From a virus, in the IMG/VR virus record IMGVR_UViG_3300028920_000064, positions 1-64,000 of that record: a stretch of DNA of 64,000 nucleotides. One strand, written 5' to 3'. Positions 1 to 8,379 of this stretch are shown one piece after another (positions within the stretch are counted from its first letter, which is position 1; each line of letters opens with the position of its first letter). The notes under the pieces are model-generated. The model was not told the origin of the DNA, did not search any database, and saw only the letters and a program-made list of their open reading frames with translations. The translations under genes were made by a program, and so were the position numbers.

Positions 1-28
1 ATGTACTCTCTCTTTGTCTTTTTCATGT

Positions 29-226
29 CTATTTGTATCTGCGGTTAAATTGTGCTTGTGTTACTTCATGCGGTTCAATGCCTAGATTGAACGCTACCTC
101 AACAACATACGGTTGATTAGCAGGGTTTTTGATGCTGTCCTCCCATGTCATTTTATTGTGTATGGCCATGATAAAGCCAATGATCAACAGGAGTTTAACG
201 ATTGTTTTAAATACTTTGTTTGTCAT
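29..226 (-). CDS. Small hypothetical protein with N-terminal hydrophobic segment
   Basis: 65-aa ORF just downstream of a leftward promoter, with an A/C-rich leader; another ATG follows at 26. Confidence 0.6.
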   Translation of the reverse strand: MTNKVFKTIVKLLLIIGFIMAIHNKMTWEDSIKNPANQPYVVEVAFNLGIEPHEVTQAQFNRRYK

Positions 227-255
227 TTCGTGTTGGTTTTATTGGTTTGACACTT

Positions 256-287
256 CAATACTAAGTCAAATAAATCGAATAAACAAA
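256..287 (-). promoter_or_regulatory. Bacteroidota sigma-A type promoter (leftward)
   Basis: Minus strand TTTG (287-284), 20-nt spacer, TAGTATTG (263-256); one mismatch to TAnnTTTG. Confidence 0.6.
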
Positions 288-304
288 TCTTTTTGCTATT
301 TTAT

Positions 305-336
305 TTTGCTTTTTTCATTCCTTTGCCTTATCTTCA
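305..336 (+). promoter_or_regulatory. Bacteroidota sigma-A type promoter (rightward operon)
   Basis: TTTG (305-308), 20-nt spacer, TATCTTCA (329-336), upstream of the radC ATG at 383. Confidence 0.5.
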
Positions 337-382
337 CCCCCATATACACGCAGTATTTATTGTCAAACCAACACACAAAGTA

Positions 383-1090
383 ATGAAACATTCAAACACT
401 CAGGCGGTTGCATACCGTCACAATCAGGAATCAACATGGTGCGTTGAGGATCAACCTGCTATCAAGTTAGCAAATAATGGGGCTAGATCGCTCACGAACA
501 CCGAACTACTGGCCACCCTTCTCAATGGCATGAAAAACGCCTCGGAGGTAGCCCGCCATTTGTACGCTAATGCGGACAACAGCCTCAACACCCTAGCCAC
601 TTACTCCATTGAGCAATTGGTGAACATTCAAGGGATCAGCGAAAAGAAAGCGGTTGCGATCCATGCGGCCATTGAACTAGGCCGAAGGACCGTTGAATAT
701 GATAAGCCCCTTGGAAAGATCAAAAACAGTCAGAACGTGGCTGAAATGATGAGGCCGTTAATAGGCCACCTACAACATGAGGAATTTTGGCTCATCTGCC
801 TGAACAGGGCTAACACTGTGCTAGGCCGTTACAAGATCAGCCAAGGAGGGCTAAGTGGTACAGTCATTGATACCCGTATCATCCTCAAGAAATCATTGGA
901 CTGCCTCGCTTCCTCCATCATCGTCAGCCACAATCACCCTTCCGGTAACTCTGTGCCAAGCGATGCAGATGTTAAGATTACCGAGAAGCTGAAACAAGCC
1001 TGTGATACGTTGGAGATTAAACTGCTTGATCATGTGATTGTGACAGCAGAAACTCACTACTCACTCGCAGATGAAGGGCTGTTGACATGA
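383..1090 (+). CDS. radC: RadC family JAB-domain protein
   Basis: LTNTELLA N-terminus, HhH-like GISEKKA, EEFW, SQGGLSGTVID, JAB motif SHNHPSG...PSDAD, LLDHVIV. Start moved to ATG 383, downstream of the promoter. Confidence 0.93.
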   Translation: MKHSNTQAVAYRHNQESTWCVEDQPAIKLANNGARSLTNTELLATLLNGMKNASEVARHLYANADNSLNTLATYSIEQLVNIQGISEKKAVAIHAAIELGRRTVEYDKPLGKIKNSQNVAEMMRPLIGHLQHEEFWLICLNRANTVLGRYKISQGGLSGTVIDTRIILKKSLDCLASSIIVSHNHPSGNSVPSDADVKITEKLKQACDTLEIKLLDHVIVTAETHYSLADEGLLT

Positions 1091-1272
1091 GACACTATAC
1101 AGTCATACCCAAAGGAATGAAGCGTACATTCACTATATGCAAGGTCGGGAGCAATCCCGATCTTGCCGATAGATCAAGTATTGACGCTTATCTTCAAAGC
1201 CACTATGCCACATATAACAATCGTGTACAGTGGCTCATACTCACAGGTAATTATCAAATCGTAGAGACATGA
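1087..1272 (+). CDS. Hypothetical protein
   Basis: 61 aa; ATGA overlaps with both neighbours. Confidence 0.6.
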   Translation: MRHYTVIPKGMKRTFTICKVGSNPDLADRSSIDAYLQSHYATYNNRVQWLILTGNYQIVET

Positions 1273-1718
1273 AAGCAACTGATCAATTTCAAGAGATAAT
1301 CAAGCAGAGACTTGACGAACTAGCCGAGGTCGATGAGGATTTCAGCAAGGCATATAAAGCCCAAAATAAGACTTTGAAGGGCTGTGTGACATACATCCTT
1401 AACCAAGTGCAGAAAAGCGGAATAAACGGCTTCGCTGACGCTGAGGTATACGACATGGCAAGGCAGTATTATGAGAACCCCGAAGCAAAGGAAGGGAAGG
1501 AGATCAAGGCAAAAGTAGTTATCAACCGAACCGTTGAACTTACCGATGAGGAAAAGGAGAAAGCCAAGCAAAAGGCTTTTGATGAGATTGTGAGGGAGAC
1601 AAAGGACAAGGCCAGAAGGAAGAAGAAGCCAGAGCCAAAGACATCCGTTGAAAAGGCAGGGGAGGCACAGGCCAAAGCCAAGAAGAAAGAACCGCCCGTT
1701 GAACCGACACTATTTTAA
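1269..1718 (+). CDS. pcfK: PcfK-like protein (AcrIIA9-like family)
   Basis: MKATDQFQEIIK...CVTYILNQVQKSG.NGFADAEVYDMA..YY, KVVIN.TVELT.EEK and C-terminal TLF; directly upstream of pcfJ. Confidence 0.88.
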   Translation: MKATDQFQEIIKQRLDELAEVDEDFSKAYKAQNKTLKGCVTYILNQVQKSGINGFADAEVYDMARQYYENPEAKEGKEIKAKVVINRTVELTDEEKEKAKQKAFDEIVRETKDKARRKKKPEPKTSVEKAGEAQAKAKKKEPPVEPTLF

Positions 1719-1721
1719 GCC

Positions 1722-3020
1722 ATGAAGCCAAAGACATTGATACAGAAGGAGGTTCACTCACTATTGGGTGAACTTCCCCCTCTAACCGAGGATCAGATGG
1801 ATTATGCTTATGAGAAGATGTTCAAGAAGCATATCTACCGCACAAAACATCATTCTACCTGCCTTGAGTGTACGCATAAATGGGAGAATGATATGAAAAG
1901 CCCCCTAGCCAATGCCCTGCTTGACGATACCTGCCCTAGCTGTGGAGCCACACTCAAGCCCCTACCTACTCCCAGGGTAAGGACAGATATGCAAGATGGA
2001 TATATAGGTATAGCCACTGTTATAGGTGGCTTTCAGGTGTTCAGGTATTTCTATGCCAAGAAGAATTGCAAGGTAGGTAAGAAGCCTATGTATTGGATCG
2101 CTGAGACTACAAACCATTGGATCAGCAAGGAGGGAAAGGTAGTTATCTGTTCCCTGTTGTGGAATAGCTTCGGATGGGGCGGAGGGGAGAGATGGCAGTG
2201 GACCTCACAAATAGAGGTAAGAGCGGGAGCCGACAAATACTACATCTATCCTCAATTTTGGTTCCCGAACCTGAAACTTCTCAAGGTGATCAAGCGAAAT
2301 GGCTTTAGTCGGTCATTTCATGATTTCAATCCTTCTTGGTTCTGTGAGTTGATCCTCACGAAACCCAAATTTGAAACATTGGTTAAGGCCAAGCAAATAG
2401 CTATCTGGAAAGGTTGGTCAAGGAATGAGAGATATGTCAATGAGTATTGGCCCTCCATCAAGATCGCCATCCGCCACCACTACACCATAACTCACCCGTC
2501 AGATTGGTTCGATCATCTGAGGGCTTTGGAGTATTTAGGCATGGACATACTCAACCCCAAGCTGATTTGCTTGGAGGATTTCACCACAGAGCATCAACGC
2601 ATCATTGACAGGCGCAACCGCCTTGAGGCCAAGCGGAGATATGAGAAGGAGAAGAAGGATTTGGAACAGGCGGAGATCAACTATCAGAAAGCCAAGCAAG
2701 CCTACCTTAACCTCAAATTCAAGCAGGGGGAATTGTGTATTGCTCCGCTAAAAAATGTGAAAGAGTTTTACGAGGAAGGTGAGTCCATGCACCATTGCGT
2801 CACATCCTACCACAAGAAAGAGGAATCCCTTATCCTATCAGCCAAGCTGAACGGTCAGAGGCTAGAAACCGTTGAGGTATCTCTAACGGATTTCACTGTG
2901 GCACAGAGCAGGGGACTTCAGAACAAGAAATCCAAGCACCACAAGCATATTGTGAAACTTGTTGAACAGAATATACCCAAGATCAAGAAAGCATCAAAAA
3001 CCAAAACCAAGAAAGCATGA
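1722..3020 (+). CDS. pcfJ: PcfJ-like protein
   Basis: MKPKT..QKEV, CLECTH/CPSCG zinc ribbon, FQVFRYF, EEGESMHHCV, SLILSA, RLETVEV, QSRGLQN. Confidence 0.9.
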   Translation: MKPKTLIQKEVHSLLGELPPLTEDQMDYAYEKMFKKHIYRTKHHSTCLECTHKWENDMKSPLANALLDDTCPSCGATLKPLPTPRVRTDMQDGYIGIATVIGGFQVFRYFYAKKNCKVGKKPMYWIAETTNHWISKEGKVVICSLLWNSFGWGGGERWQWTSQIEVRAGADKYYIYPQFWFPNLKLLKVIKRNGFSRSFHDFNPSWFCELILTKPKFETLVKAKQIAIWKGWSRNERYVNEYWPSIKIAIRHHYTITHPSDWFDHLRALEYLGMDILNPKLICLEDFTTEHQRIIDRRNRLEAKRRYEKEKKDLEQAEINYQKAKQAYLNLKFKQGELCIAPLKNVKEFYEEGESMHHCVTSYHKKEESLILSAKLNGQRLETVEVSLTDFTVAQSRGLQNKKSKHHKHIVKLVEQNIPKIKKASKTKTKKA

Positions 3021-3199
3021 CAGCATTTGAAAAGTACGAAGAATCAAATGGGAACAGGTGTCCCATGTGTAACTCAGAGCATATAGTAGCACACCCTTTT
3101 GAGGCTGACAATCTGATAGCATGGAGGCGTGTAGATTGCTCAGACTGTGACAGCGAATGGACAGAGCAATTCACCATGATAAACATTGAGATAGTATGA
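3017..3199 (+). CDS. Small zinc-ribbon protein
   Basis: CPMC...CSDC in 60 aa; ATGA coupling. Confidence 0.7.
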   Translation: MTAFEKYEESNGNRCPMCNSEHIVAHPFEADNLIAWRRVDCSDCDSEWTEQFTMINIEIV

Positions 3200-3591
3200 C
3201 ACTATTCACAGATGAACAGATGAAAGGTACAGGGCAACTAGACATGGTTGCCCTTATCGAACAGAACGAAGCCACCAAGAAAAGGCTTCGCACGACCCCA
3301 CACCATTTCTACGGTGATCCCTATCACGGATGGCTCAAGGTGCGAGTCAGCCACCTTAAAGCATTGGGCATTTTCGGGGCCATTACGGGCTTTTCATACC
3401 GCAGTGGGGATGATGTATACCTTGAGGAGGGTTTGGACGCTGAGACCTATATAAATGCCCTTTTCGGCAAGCATGGCCTCCGCACTAAGGATCAGCAAAA
3501 CGCCTTTGGCGCATGGAGGGATATGCTCATCTCCCATCAAAGCAACAGCGACAGCTTCGTTCGTAACTTACCTCAATTTCACAAGGGATGA
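3196..3591 (+). CDS. Conserved phage/mobile-element hypothetical protein (DPxHGWL family)
   Basis: DPYHGWLKV...ITGFSY..GD.VYLEE motif; translational coupling. Confidence 0.7.
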   Translation: MTLFTDEQMKGTGQLDMVALIEQNEATKKRLRTTPHHFYGDPYHGWLKVRVSHLKALGIFGAITGFSYRSGDDVYLEEGLDAETYINALFGKHGLRTKDQQNAFGAWRDMLISHQSNSDSFVRNLPQFHKG

Positions 3592-3851
3592 AAACATTCA
3601 AGATAAAATGGCACTCTGCAAAGAGGCATACGGAAATAAGCAACCCTCGGCCCGTTAAATGGGCTGAGGTTAGATCAGAAGATATCCGCATAGCAGTGGA
3701 TGGCACTCAAACGAACAACACTCTCTTAATTGTAGTTGAAGCCAACGGCATCAAGTATATGCTTACCGATGTGCTGTTAGAGGTCATGCTTGGACAGGTG
3801 GCTGAACAGTTCAGTAACGAATACCTCAACTTCAAAGTATACCAGTTATGA
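3588..3851 (+). CDS. Hypothetical protein
   Basis: 87 aa; ATGA overlap within the operon. Confidence 0.6.
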   Translation: MKTFKIKWHSAKRHTEISNPRPVKWAEVRSEDIRIAVDGTQTNNTLLIVVEANGIKYMLTDVLLEVMLGQVAEQFSNEYLNFKVYQL

Positions 3852-4111
3852 TGGTAAGGATATACCTAGCTGAACAGCACCTTCCAAACATCGGCAAGTG
3901 GGAGATATACCGGGAGGGGAAGCCCACCGGAGAGATGATAACAAACAGGACCATTCGCAAGATTCTGAACGATGATCAGTATCGGCAGTTCATAGCAGGG
4001 GACACCATCTTTATGATCCCTGCTGACAAGTTCAGGAAAAGGCATCACAAGGAGAAAGTGGTGAAGAATGGGAGAATATACCACAACCAAAAAAAACGCA
4101 AAAATGGATGA
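3848..4111 (+). CDS. Hypothetical basic protein
   Basis: 87 aa; coupled to neighbours. Confidence 0.6.
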   Translation: MMVRIYLAEQHLPNIGKWEIYREGKPTGEMITNRTIRKILNDDQYRQFIAGDTIFMIPADKFRKRHHKEKVVKNGRIYHNQKKRKNG

Positions 4112-4319
4112 GATAACGAAACATGAACAGGAGTATATCAACGGCATACAGGCAGAAATGATATTCTATGACCAATACCTTGATTTTATGAAGAGAGTGA
4201 AGAAGCAATACGTGGAATATGGGCCAGAGCAGGCAATAAGGTATGTTCAAAGCTACGCTGCCGACCTTGTAGGAATAGCTGCTGATGAGTTGTTCTCAGC
4301 ATTATTTAATAAATTGTAA
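4104..4319 (+). CDS. Hypothetical protein
   Basis: In-operon ORF; start placed at MDEITK after an A-rich leader. Confidence 0.55.
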   Translation: MDEITKHEQEYINGIQAEMIFYDQYLDFMKRVKKQYVEYGPEQAIRYVQSYAADLVGIAADELFSALFNKL

Positions 4320-4324
4320 CCGAT

Positions 4325-4717
4325 ATGCAGATGTTCGGTGACATAAAACTACCACTACAAAACGCTATTAAGGTTGATGGAGATGATATGAAGATACTTG
4401 ATTATCTCTTTGACATGAAGGCTGAACACATGAGCAAGTTTCTCAAAGCCCTCGCTCAAAACGATGTCCCCGCCCTCCTGGTCGCTAATGTTCGCCCGAT
4501 GAATATGGTAGGGTTAGTCGTTTACAGGCCAATTGAGGCATGGCTGGATTTTAAGGATCAAAGGTATCAGCTTTTCCTTGCTCCTAATATTCAGAACCTC
4601 ATTGACTATTGGGCTGTGAGAAAGGCAGGCGCTGAAGATGATTTTGAAAATGATCTGATTCAGGGCATCATCAACTACTTGGCTCAATTTATGCGAACAA
4701 CGGTGTCACATACTTAG
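4325..4717 (+). CDS. Hypothetical protein
   Basis: 130 aa; followed by a terminator. Confidence 0.65.
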   Translation: MQMFGDIKLPLQNAIKVDGDDMKILDYLFDMKAEHMSKFLKALAQNDVPALLVANVRPMNMVGLVVYRPIEAWLDFKDQRYQLFLAPNIQNLIDYWAVRKAGAEDDFENDLIQGIINYLAQFMRTTVSHT

Positions 4718-4726
4718 TGATCCCGT

Positions 4727-4767
4727 AGCGGGGAGGGGGTTGTGTTGGTTCCTCTCCCTGCTTTTTT
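4727..4767 (+). terminator. Intrinsic terminator
   Basis: AGCGGGGAGGGG / CCTCTCCCTGCT stem with G-U pairs, followed by a T6 tract. Confidence 0.75.
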
Positions 4768-4787
4768 CACCTTAAACACTTCAAACT

Positions 4788-4976
4788 ATGAAACAGCGTA
4801 TCAGGAAAGCAGTAATTCGCTCCATAGAGGCCCCAAAGAGGACCATTAGGAGCATAAATCGTTACAGACCTATCAATAAAGGGGTCAGGTCAAACTTTGC
4901 AAATATGGACATCACGTTGCACCCCAGGGGTAATAGGCCGAAACTTTACATTCAGAGATATGGAACACGAAATTAG
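4788..4976 (+). CDS. Hypothetical basic protein
   Basis: 62 aa, R-rich; A/C-rich leader. Confidence 0.5.
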   Translation: MKQRIRKAVIRSIEAPKRTIRSINRYRPINKGVRSNFANMDITLHPRGNRPKLYIQRYGTRN

Positions 4977-5220
4977 ACCAGGACTATTCATTGGTGTCGT
5001 TAAACGGCAGCAATGGCATGATAGGGTCAGTGTATTGGCAGGTGAGGACAAGCAGCATTTCATTGAAAAATGTAATCTTTTTCGAGAGGTAAAGAATGCA
5101 AGCCTCAAAAAGGCCCTGGGCCTAACTATTTACGAACTGCTATACATCTGTAAGCACCTGGACCCTGAGTTCGATGTAAATGAGGATTATTACACGGTGC
5201 GGATCGCACCAAATCAATAA
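4960..5220 (+). CDS. Hypothetical protein
   Basis: Start placed at ATG 4960 (MEHEIR). Confidence 0.55.
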   Translation: MEHEIRPGLFIGVVKRQQWHDRVSVLAGEDKQHFIEKCNLFREVKNASLKKALGLTIYELLYICKHLDPEFDVNEDYYTVRIAPNQ

Positions 5221-5238
5221 CACTTAAAAATCAATACT

Positions 5239-5451
5239 ATGAAAAAAGAAAGCAGTGATTATTACAAATTCCATTCCACGTACTTGGGTTATGATTTCCG
5301 AAGGGTTTCAACCGGAAAATTATACACCAAAGGATCGTTTTGGGATAACTTCAGAAAACTTGCGGTAAACCTTCACTTGGACAAAGACCGTCCCGAAACG
5401 CCAGCAGGGTTTATTCTCTTGAAGCGACCAAAAGAAAAAGAAAAAGAATAG
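5239..5451 (+). CDS. Hypothetical protein
   Basis: 70 aa; last gene before the convergent terminator. Confidence 0.55.
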   Translation: MKKESSDYYKFHSTYLGYDFRRVSTGKLYTKGSFWDNFRKLAVNLHLDKDRPETPAGFILLKRPKEKEKE

Positions 5452-5453
5452 GG

Positions 5454-5480
5454 AAGGGGGGCTTAACGCCCCTTTTTTTT
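5454..5480. terminator. Terminator between convergent operons (probably bidirectional)
   Basis: AAGGGGGGC-TTAAC-GCCCCTTTTTTTT hairpin; A-rich tract upstream. Confidence 0.7.
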
Positions 5481-5954
5481 GTCCTTGATCAGCGATTCAA
5501 AATACTTCTTGTTAAGCAAGCCCACCTTCGCCACGACCTCTTCCGGACTGTACTTGTAGCCAATGATCAGTCCTCTCCTAGTTGGGAAAACCTTCTTGTA
5601 TTCCTCCTTCAACTCATCCCTTAGATCGTATAAACGCTGCCAATTAGCTGATTTAACGTCTAATGCGTAAGATATTCGCGCTTCTTCTGTACCCTGGTCT
5701 AGTAAAGCGTGTTCTCCGGGCGTTAAAAGCACTATGTTACGGGCATAATACTTAAAATGGGGGTATTGGTTCATTCCTTTGGCCAGGACATGAGCAAAGC
5801 AGTTGTACGCAAGCTCTGTTTTCATAAAATCTCGGAGGTACAGTCCGGAGACAAATGATTTCTTATCGGATAGCATCCAGATCTGTTTAAAGATAGCGGA
5901 CTGGGCCAGGTGCTGTCCCATCCCTGGCTTTTCAAAAATGTGTACGTTATTCAT
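5463..5954 (-). CDS. HNH-like (His-Me finger) nuclease-related protein
   Basis: FAHVLAKG..YP.F....NIVLLTPGEH pattern, with zinc-binding Cys residues largely absent. Confidence 0.5.
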   Translation of the reverse strand: MNNVHIFEKPGMGQHLAQSAIFKQIWMLSDKKSFVSGLYLRDFMKTELAYNCFAHVLAKGMNQYPHFKYYARNIVLLTPGEHALLDQGTEEARISYALDVKSANWQRLYDLRDELKEEYKKVFPTRRGLIIGYKYSPEEVVAKVGLLNKKYFESLIKDKKKGR

Positions 5955-6147
5955 TTCGTAGCTTTTCTTTGAGAGGTGCCAGCGTTGATTTGGCTAACCT
6001 GGATTCAAACTCAGTTTTGTTGATTAGTTCATTGTACCAGGAAAAGTGCATATTCTTTCGGTCCCATCCATCGGGATCCAGGATCCTCATAACCGGTCTC
6101 AACTCATGTTCGTGCCACCATTCGTTACTTGTTTTAAGCTCTTCCAT
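5947..6147 (-). CDS. Hypothetical protein (ILDPDGWDR motif)
   Basis: Start at MEELKT (6147), downstream of the hairpin. Confidence 0.65.
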   Translation of the reverse strand: MEELKTSNEWWHEHELRPVMRILDPDGWDRKNMHFSWYNELINKTEFESRLAKSTLAPLKEKLRNE

Positions 6148-6160
6148 CGTTGTTGGCTTT

Positions 6161-6200
6161 AAAAAAGAAGGGTGACCAACCATCCCGGCCCGTCACCCTA
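6161..6200 (-). terminator. Intrinsic terminator or attenuator after recT
   Basis: Minus strand AGGGTGAC...GTCACCCT followed by TCTTTTTT. Confidence 0.7.
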
Positions 6201-6229
6201 ATTAATTGATTTCAGTAAGAGTTCGATTT

Positions 6230-6261
6230 CAAATATATGAAATCAAATACTGTTAAGCAAT
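6230..6261 (-). promoter_or_regulatory. Bacteroidota-type promoter
   Basis: ATTG (6261-6258), 20-nt spacer, TATATTTG (6237-6230; perfect -7 box). Confidence 0.55.
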
Positions 6262-7793
6262 AGATTGATTTCGGATGTCTCAGCCATGTAGCAGAAATCC
6301 TCCTTCACCCTGTACTTCTGAAACTGTGGAAACTTAGTCTTTACAAGGGTGTCATAGGCATTGTTATCAACCCCTGCTTTGTTGGCAAGTTCTTCGTAAA
6401 GGGTTTTGACCTCATCAAAACTGCGCTTCCCATCTACCAGGTCCGGGATCACAATATCAAACTGGTTTCCCTCAACCTGGGGATCATCGTCAGGGGCAGT
6501 AGCATCAAACTCAGTGTTGGGTTCAATGTTATCAGAACCATGCTCATCCTCGGCCATCTCATCCTGGACAACAGCTTCATATTCCTGCTGCTCCATGTCT
6601 GCATCTTCCTGTTCAACCTCCGGATCGGGAGGATCGGGCACTTTTCCTGCCAAAGGATCCTGAAACTCCTGGTCAAACTTCGCAATCAGGTTGACAACAT
6701 CTCCTGCATAATGAGTTAGGATGATATTTCTCAACTTCTTATTGGTGTTCTTCCCGGGATCAACATCCCTGGCTTTTACCATAAGGGAATCATGTTCGAT
6801 CAATGGATTCAGTTCTGTAAGGGCATCCATTTCTTTCAATTCATCTTCGTTATAGACAGGGATAAACCCTACTGTACCATTGAGCATTGTTGGTATTGAT
6901 TCCCTTTTAACCTCATCCTCACCCTCATCCTCATGTTGTATGTGGCTCTGCTTTACTTGGTGATCATCAGGCATCACATCATCGCTTGCTGGTGGCGGTG
7001 GAGGATCAACCGGGCCATTCCTTTTGTCAATAGCCTCAGCTGCTTTCTTTGTGAGGCTACCACTCCTGGACTGATTGAACTCTTTGTCAGGAATAACAAT
7101 ATCAGCACCTGATTCTGTTGGTACAATAGTGGTGGTGTCAACAGGCATATCAATAGCCTCCTCTGTGGTGTATATACCACTCAACACATCGGGAAACAAA
7201 TCCCTGGCCAGAAAGCCCAATGCCCGATAAGCTATCATACGTTCCGGATATTTGTACCAAGCACTCTTTTGGTACTTCCACCCGTCCTGGCCCCTGATCT
7301 TCGCCTCATCGATCCATAAGCCTGCTCTCTTGGCATGTGTGACGCTGAAGGTACGGCTCATCTCTTCCTGGGTGTCGGATCTTTTGGCGGTGATAGTACA
7401 CTCATAGGTTCCATCGCTCAGAGATCCTGAGACTGTTTCTTTCCAGGTTCCAGGTTCCAGCTTGCCTGAGTTGAAGATTAGGGTCTTTGCAGCGTCTCCT
7501 TTGATACTCAGCAGGCCATTGACCGGAATAACGTGCTGTAAAGCCGTTAACGGGGGTAAATTCAGCTGATGGCCCTGCAACAGCACCATCATAACAGCGG
7601 CTGTCTTACCTTTTGTATAGTCGGGGACGGTTTTCCCTTTATCATCCTGGGTCTTTTCATAGAAATGATCAGGGCATAATTTACTATCCAGAAGCAGCTG
7701 AGAGAATTTCTCCATAGCCTCAACGCTTTCATAAGCGTTTTGAACAAACCCCGGGAGGTTCATCGATGCTTTTACTAATCCTTTTTGTTCCAT
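6243..7793 (-). CDS. recT: RecT/Redbeta-like ssDNA-annealing protein with long acidic C-terminal region
   Basis: G..L.LPP..ALQH...VNG, TFS..HAKRAGLW, WYKYPERM...RALGFLARDLFPDVLSG.YT.EE. Confidence 0.75.
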   Translation of the reverse strand: MEQKGLVKASMNLPGFVQNAYESVEAMEKFSQLLLDSKLCPDHFYEKTQDDKGKTVPDYTKGKTAAVMMVLLQGHQLNLPPLTALQHVIPVNGLLSIKGDAAKTLIFNSGKLEPGTWKETVSGSLSDGTYECTITAKRSDTQEEMSRTFSVTHAKRAGLWIDEAKIRGQDGWKYQKSAWYKYPERMIAYRALGFLARDLFPDVLSGIYTTEEAIDMPVDTTTIVPTESGADIVIPDKEFNQSRSGSLTKKAAEAIDKRNGPVDPPPPPASDDVMPDDHQVKQSHIQHEDEGEDEVKRESIPTMLNGTVGFIPVYNEDELKEMDALTELNPLIEHDSLMVKARDVDPGKNTNKKLRNIILTHYAGDVVNLIAKFDQEFQDPLAGKVPDPPDPEVEQEDADMEQQEYEAVVQDEMAEDEHGSDNIEPNTEFDATAPDDDPQVEGNQFDIVIPDLVDGKRSFDEVKTLYEELANKAGVDNNAYDTLVKTKFPQFQKYRVKEDFCYMAETSEINLLLNSI

Positions 7794-7797
7794 AAAT

Positions 7798-8379
7798 TTA
7801 ATAGTTTAACTCGTTATGTTTACTTGTCCAGTTTCTCTGCTCAGGAGGTATCCAGGGTATTCCCAGGAAATTGAAAAAATCATACTCCGTGTTAAAATGA
7901 GGTGGCTTCGTGCATCCCAGCTTTTTGTATTCAGGTTTGAGTTTCCATTGGGATCCTTTCTTCTCACATTCAGACTTGCGCCTCAATCCATCAGCAGTAC
8001 CACACCAACCGCGCCTGTTCCATGTGATAGCCAATTTGATATGACTGTATGCCGAAGATCCTGTCCGGATAGCCAGGATCCTACCGTAGTCATGTGGCTG
8101 TGCGATGTAAAGTTCTATCTGCACCTTGTCATTTGGATACTTAAACCGCTTTAGCCTGGGGCCATTGACTACCAGCCCGGGATATTTGTCATGGAAGAGA
8201 TTGTCAAGGCTGTTAAAGGGGTTTTCGATACAGACAATCTCAATATCTCCCACCTCTTTGTTCAGCCTCCGCACACTGCCGGCAATTTCACATTTCTGAG
8301 TGAATGGCTCAATCAGGGCCAGGAAGCGCCTTGCTATGTTCATAGCCTTTTCCAACTTGATCTTTTCTCCTGAACTCAT
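7798..8379 (-). CDS. Minimal DNA polymerase X-family nucleotidyltransferase
   Basis: IAGSVRR...VGDIEIV, RTGS, TEYDFFNFLGIPWIPPEQR; palm and thumb only, 193 aa. Confidence 0.85.
   Translation of the reverse strand: MSSGEKIKLEKAMNIARRFLALIEPFTQKCEIAGSVRRLNKEVGDIEIVCIENPFNSLDNLFHDKYPGLVVNGPRLKRFKYPNDKVQIELYIAQPHDYGRILAIRTGSSAYSHIKLAITWNRRGWCGTADGLRRKSECEKKGSQWKLKPEYKKLGCTKPPHFNTEYDFFNFLGIPWIPPEQRNWTSKHNELNY

Noticed and set aside
293-382. N-terminal extension of RadC, and similar extensions at 6183, 9633, 10010, 15751, 16110 and 57150
   Set aside because: They run through promoters, hairpins or neighbouring genes; downstream ATGs with A-rich leaders or stop-start coupling fit better
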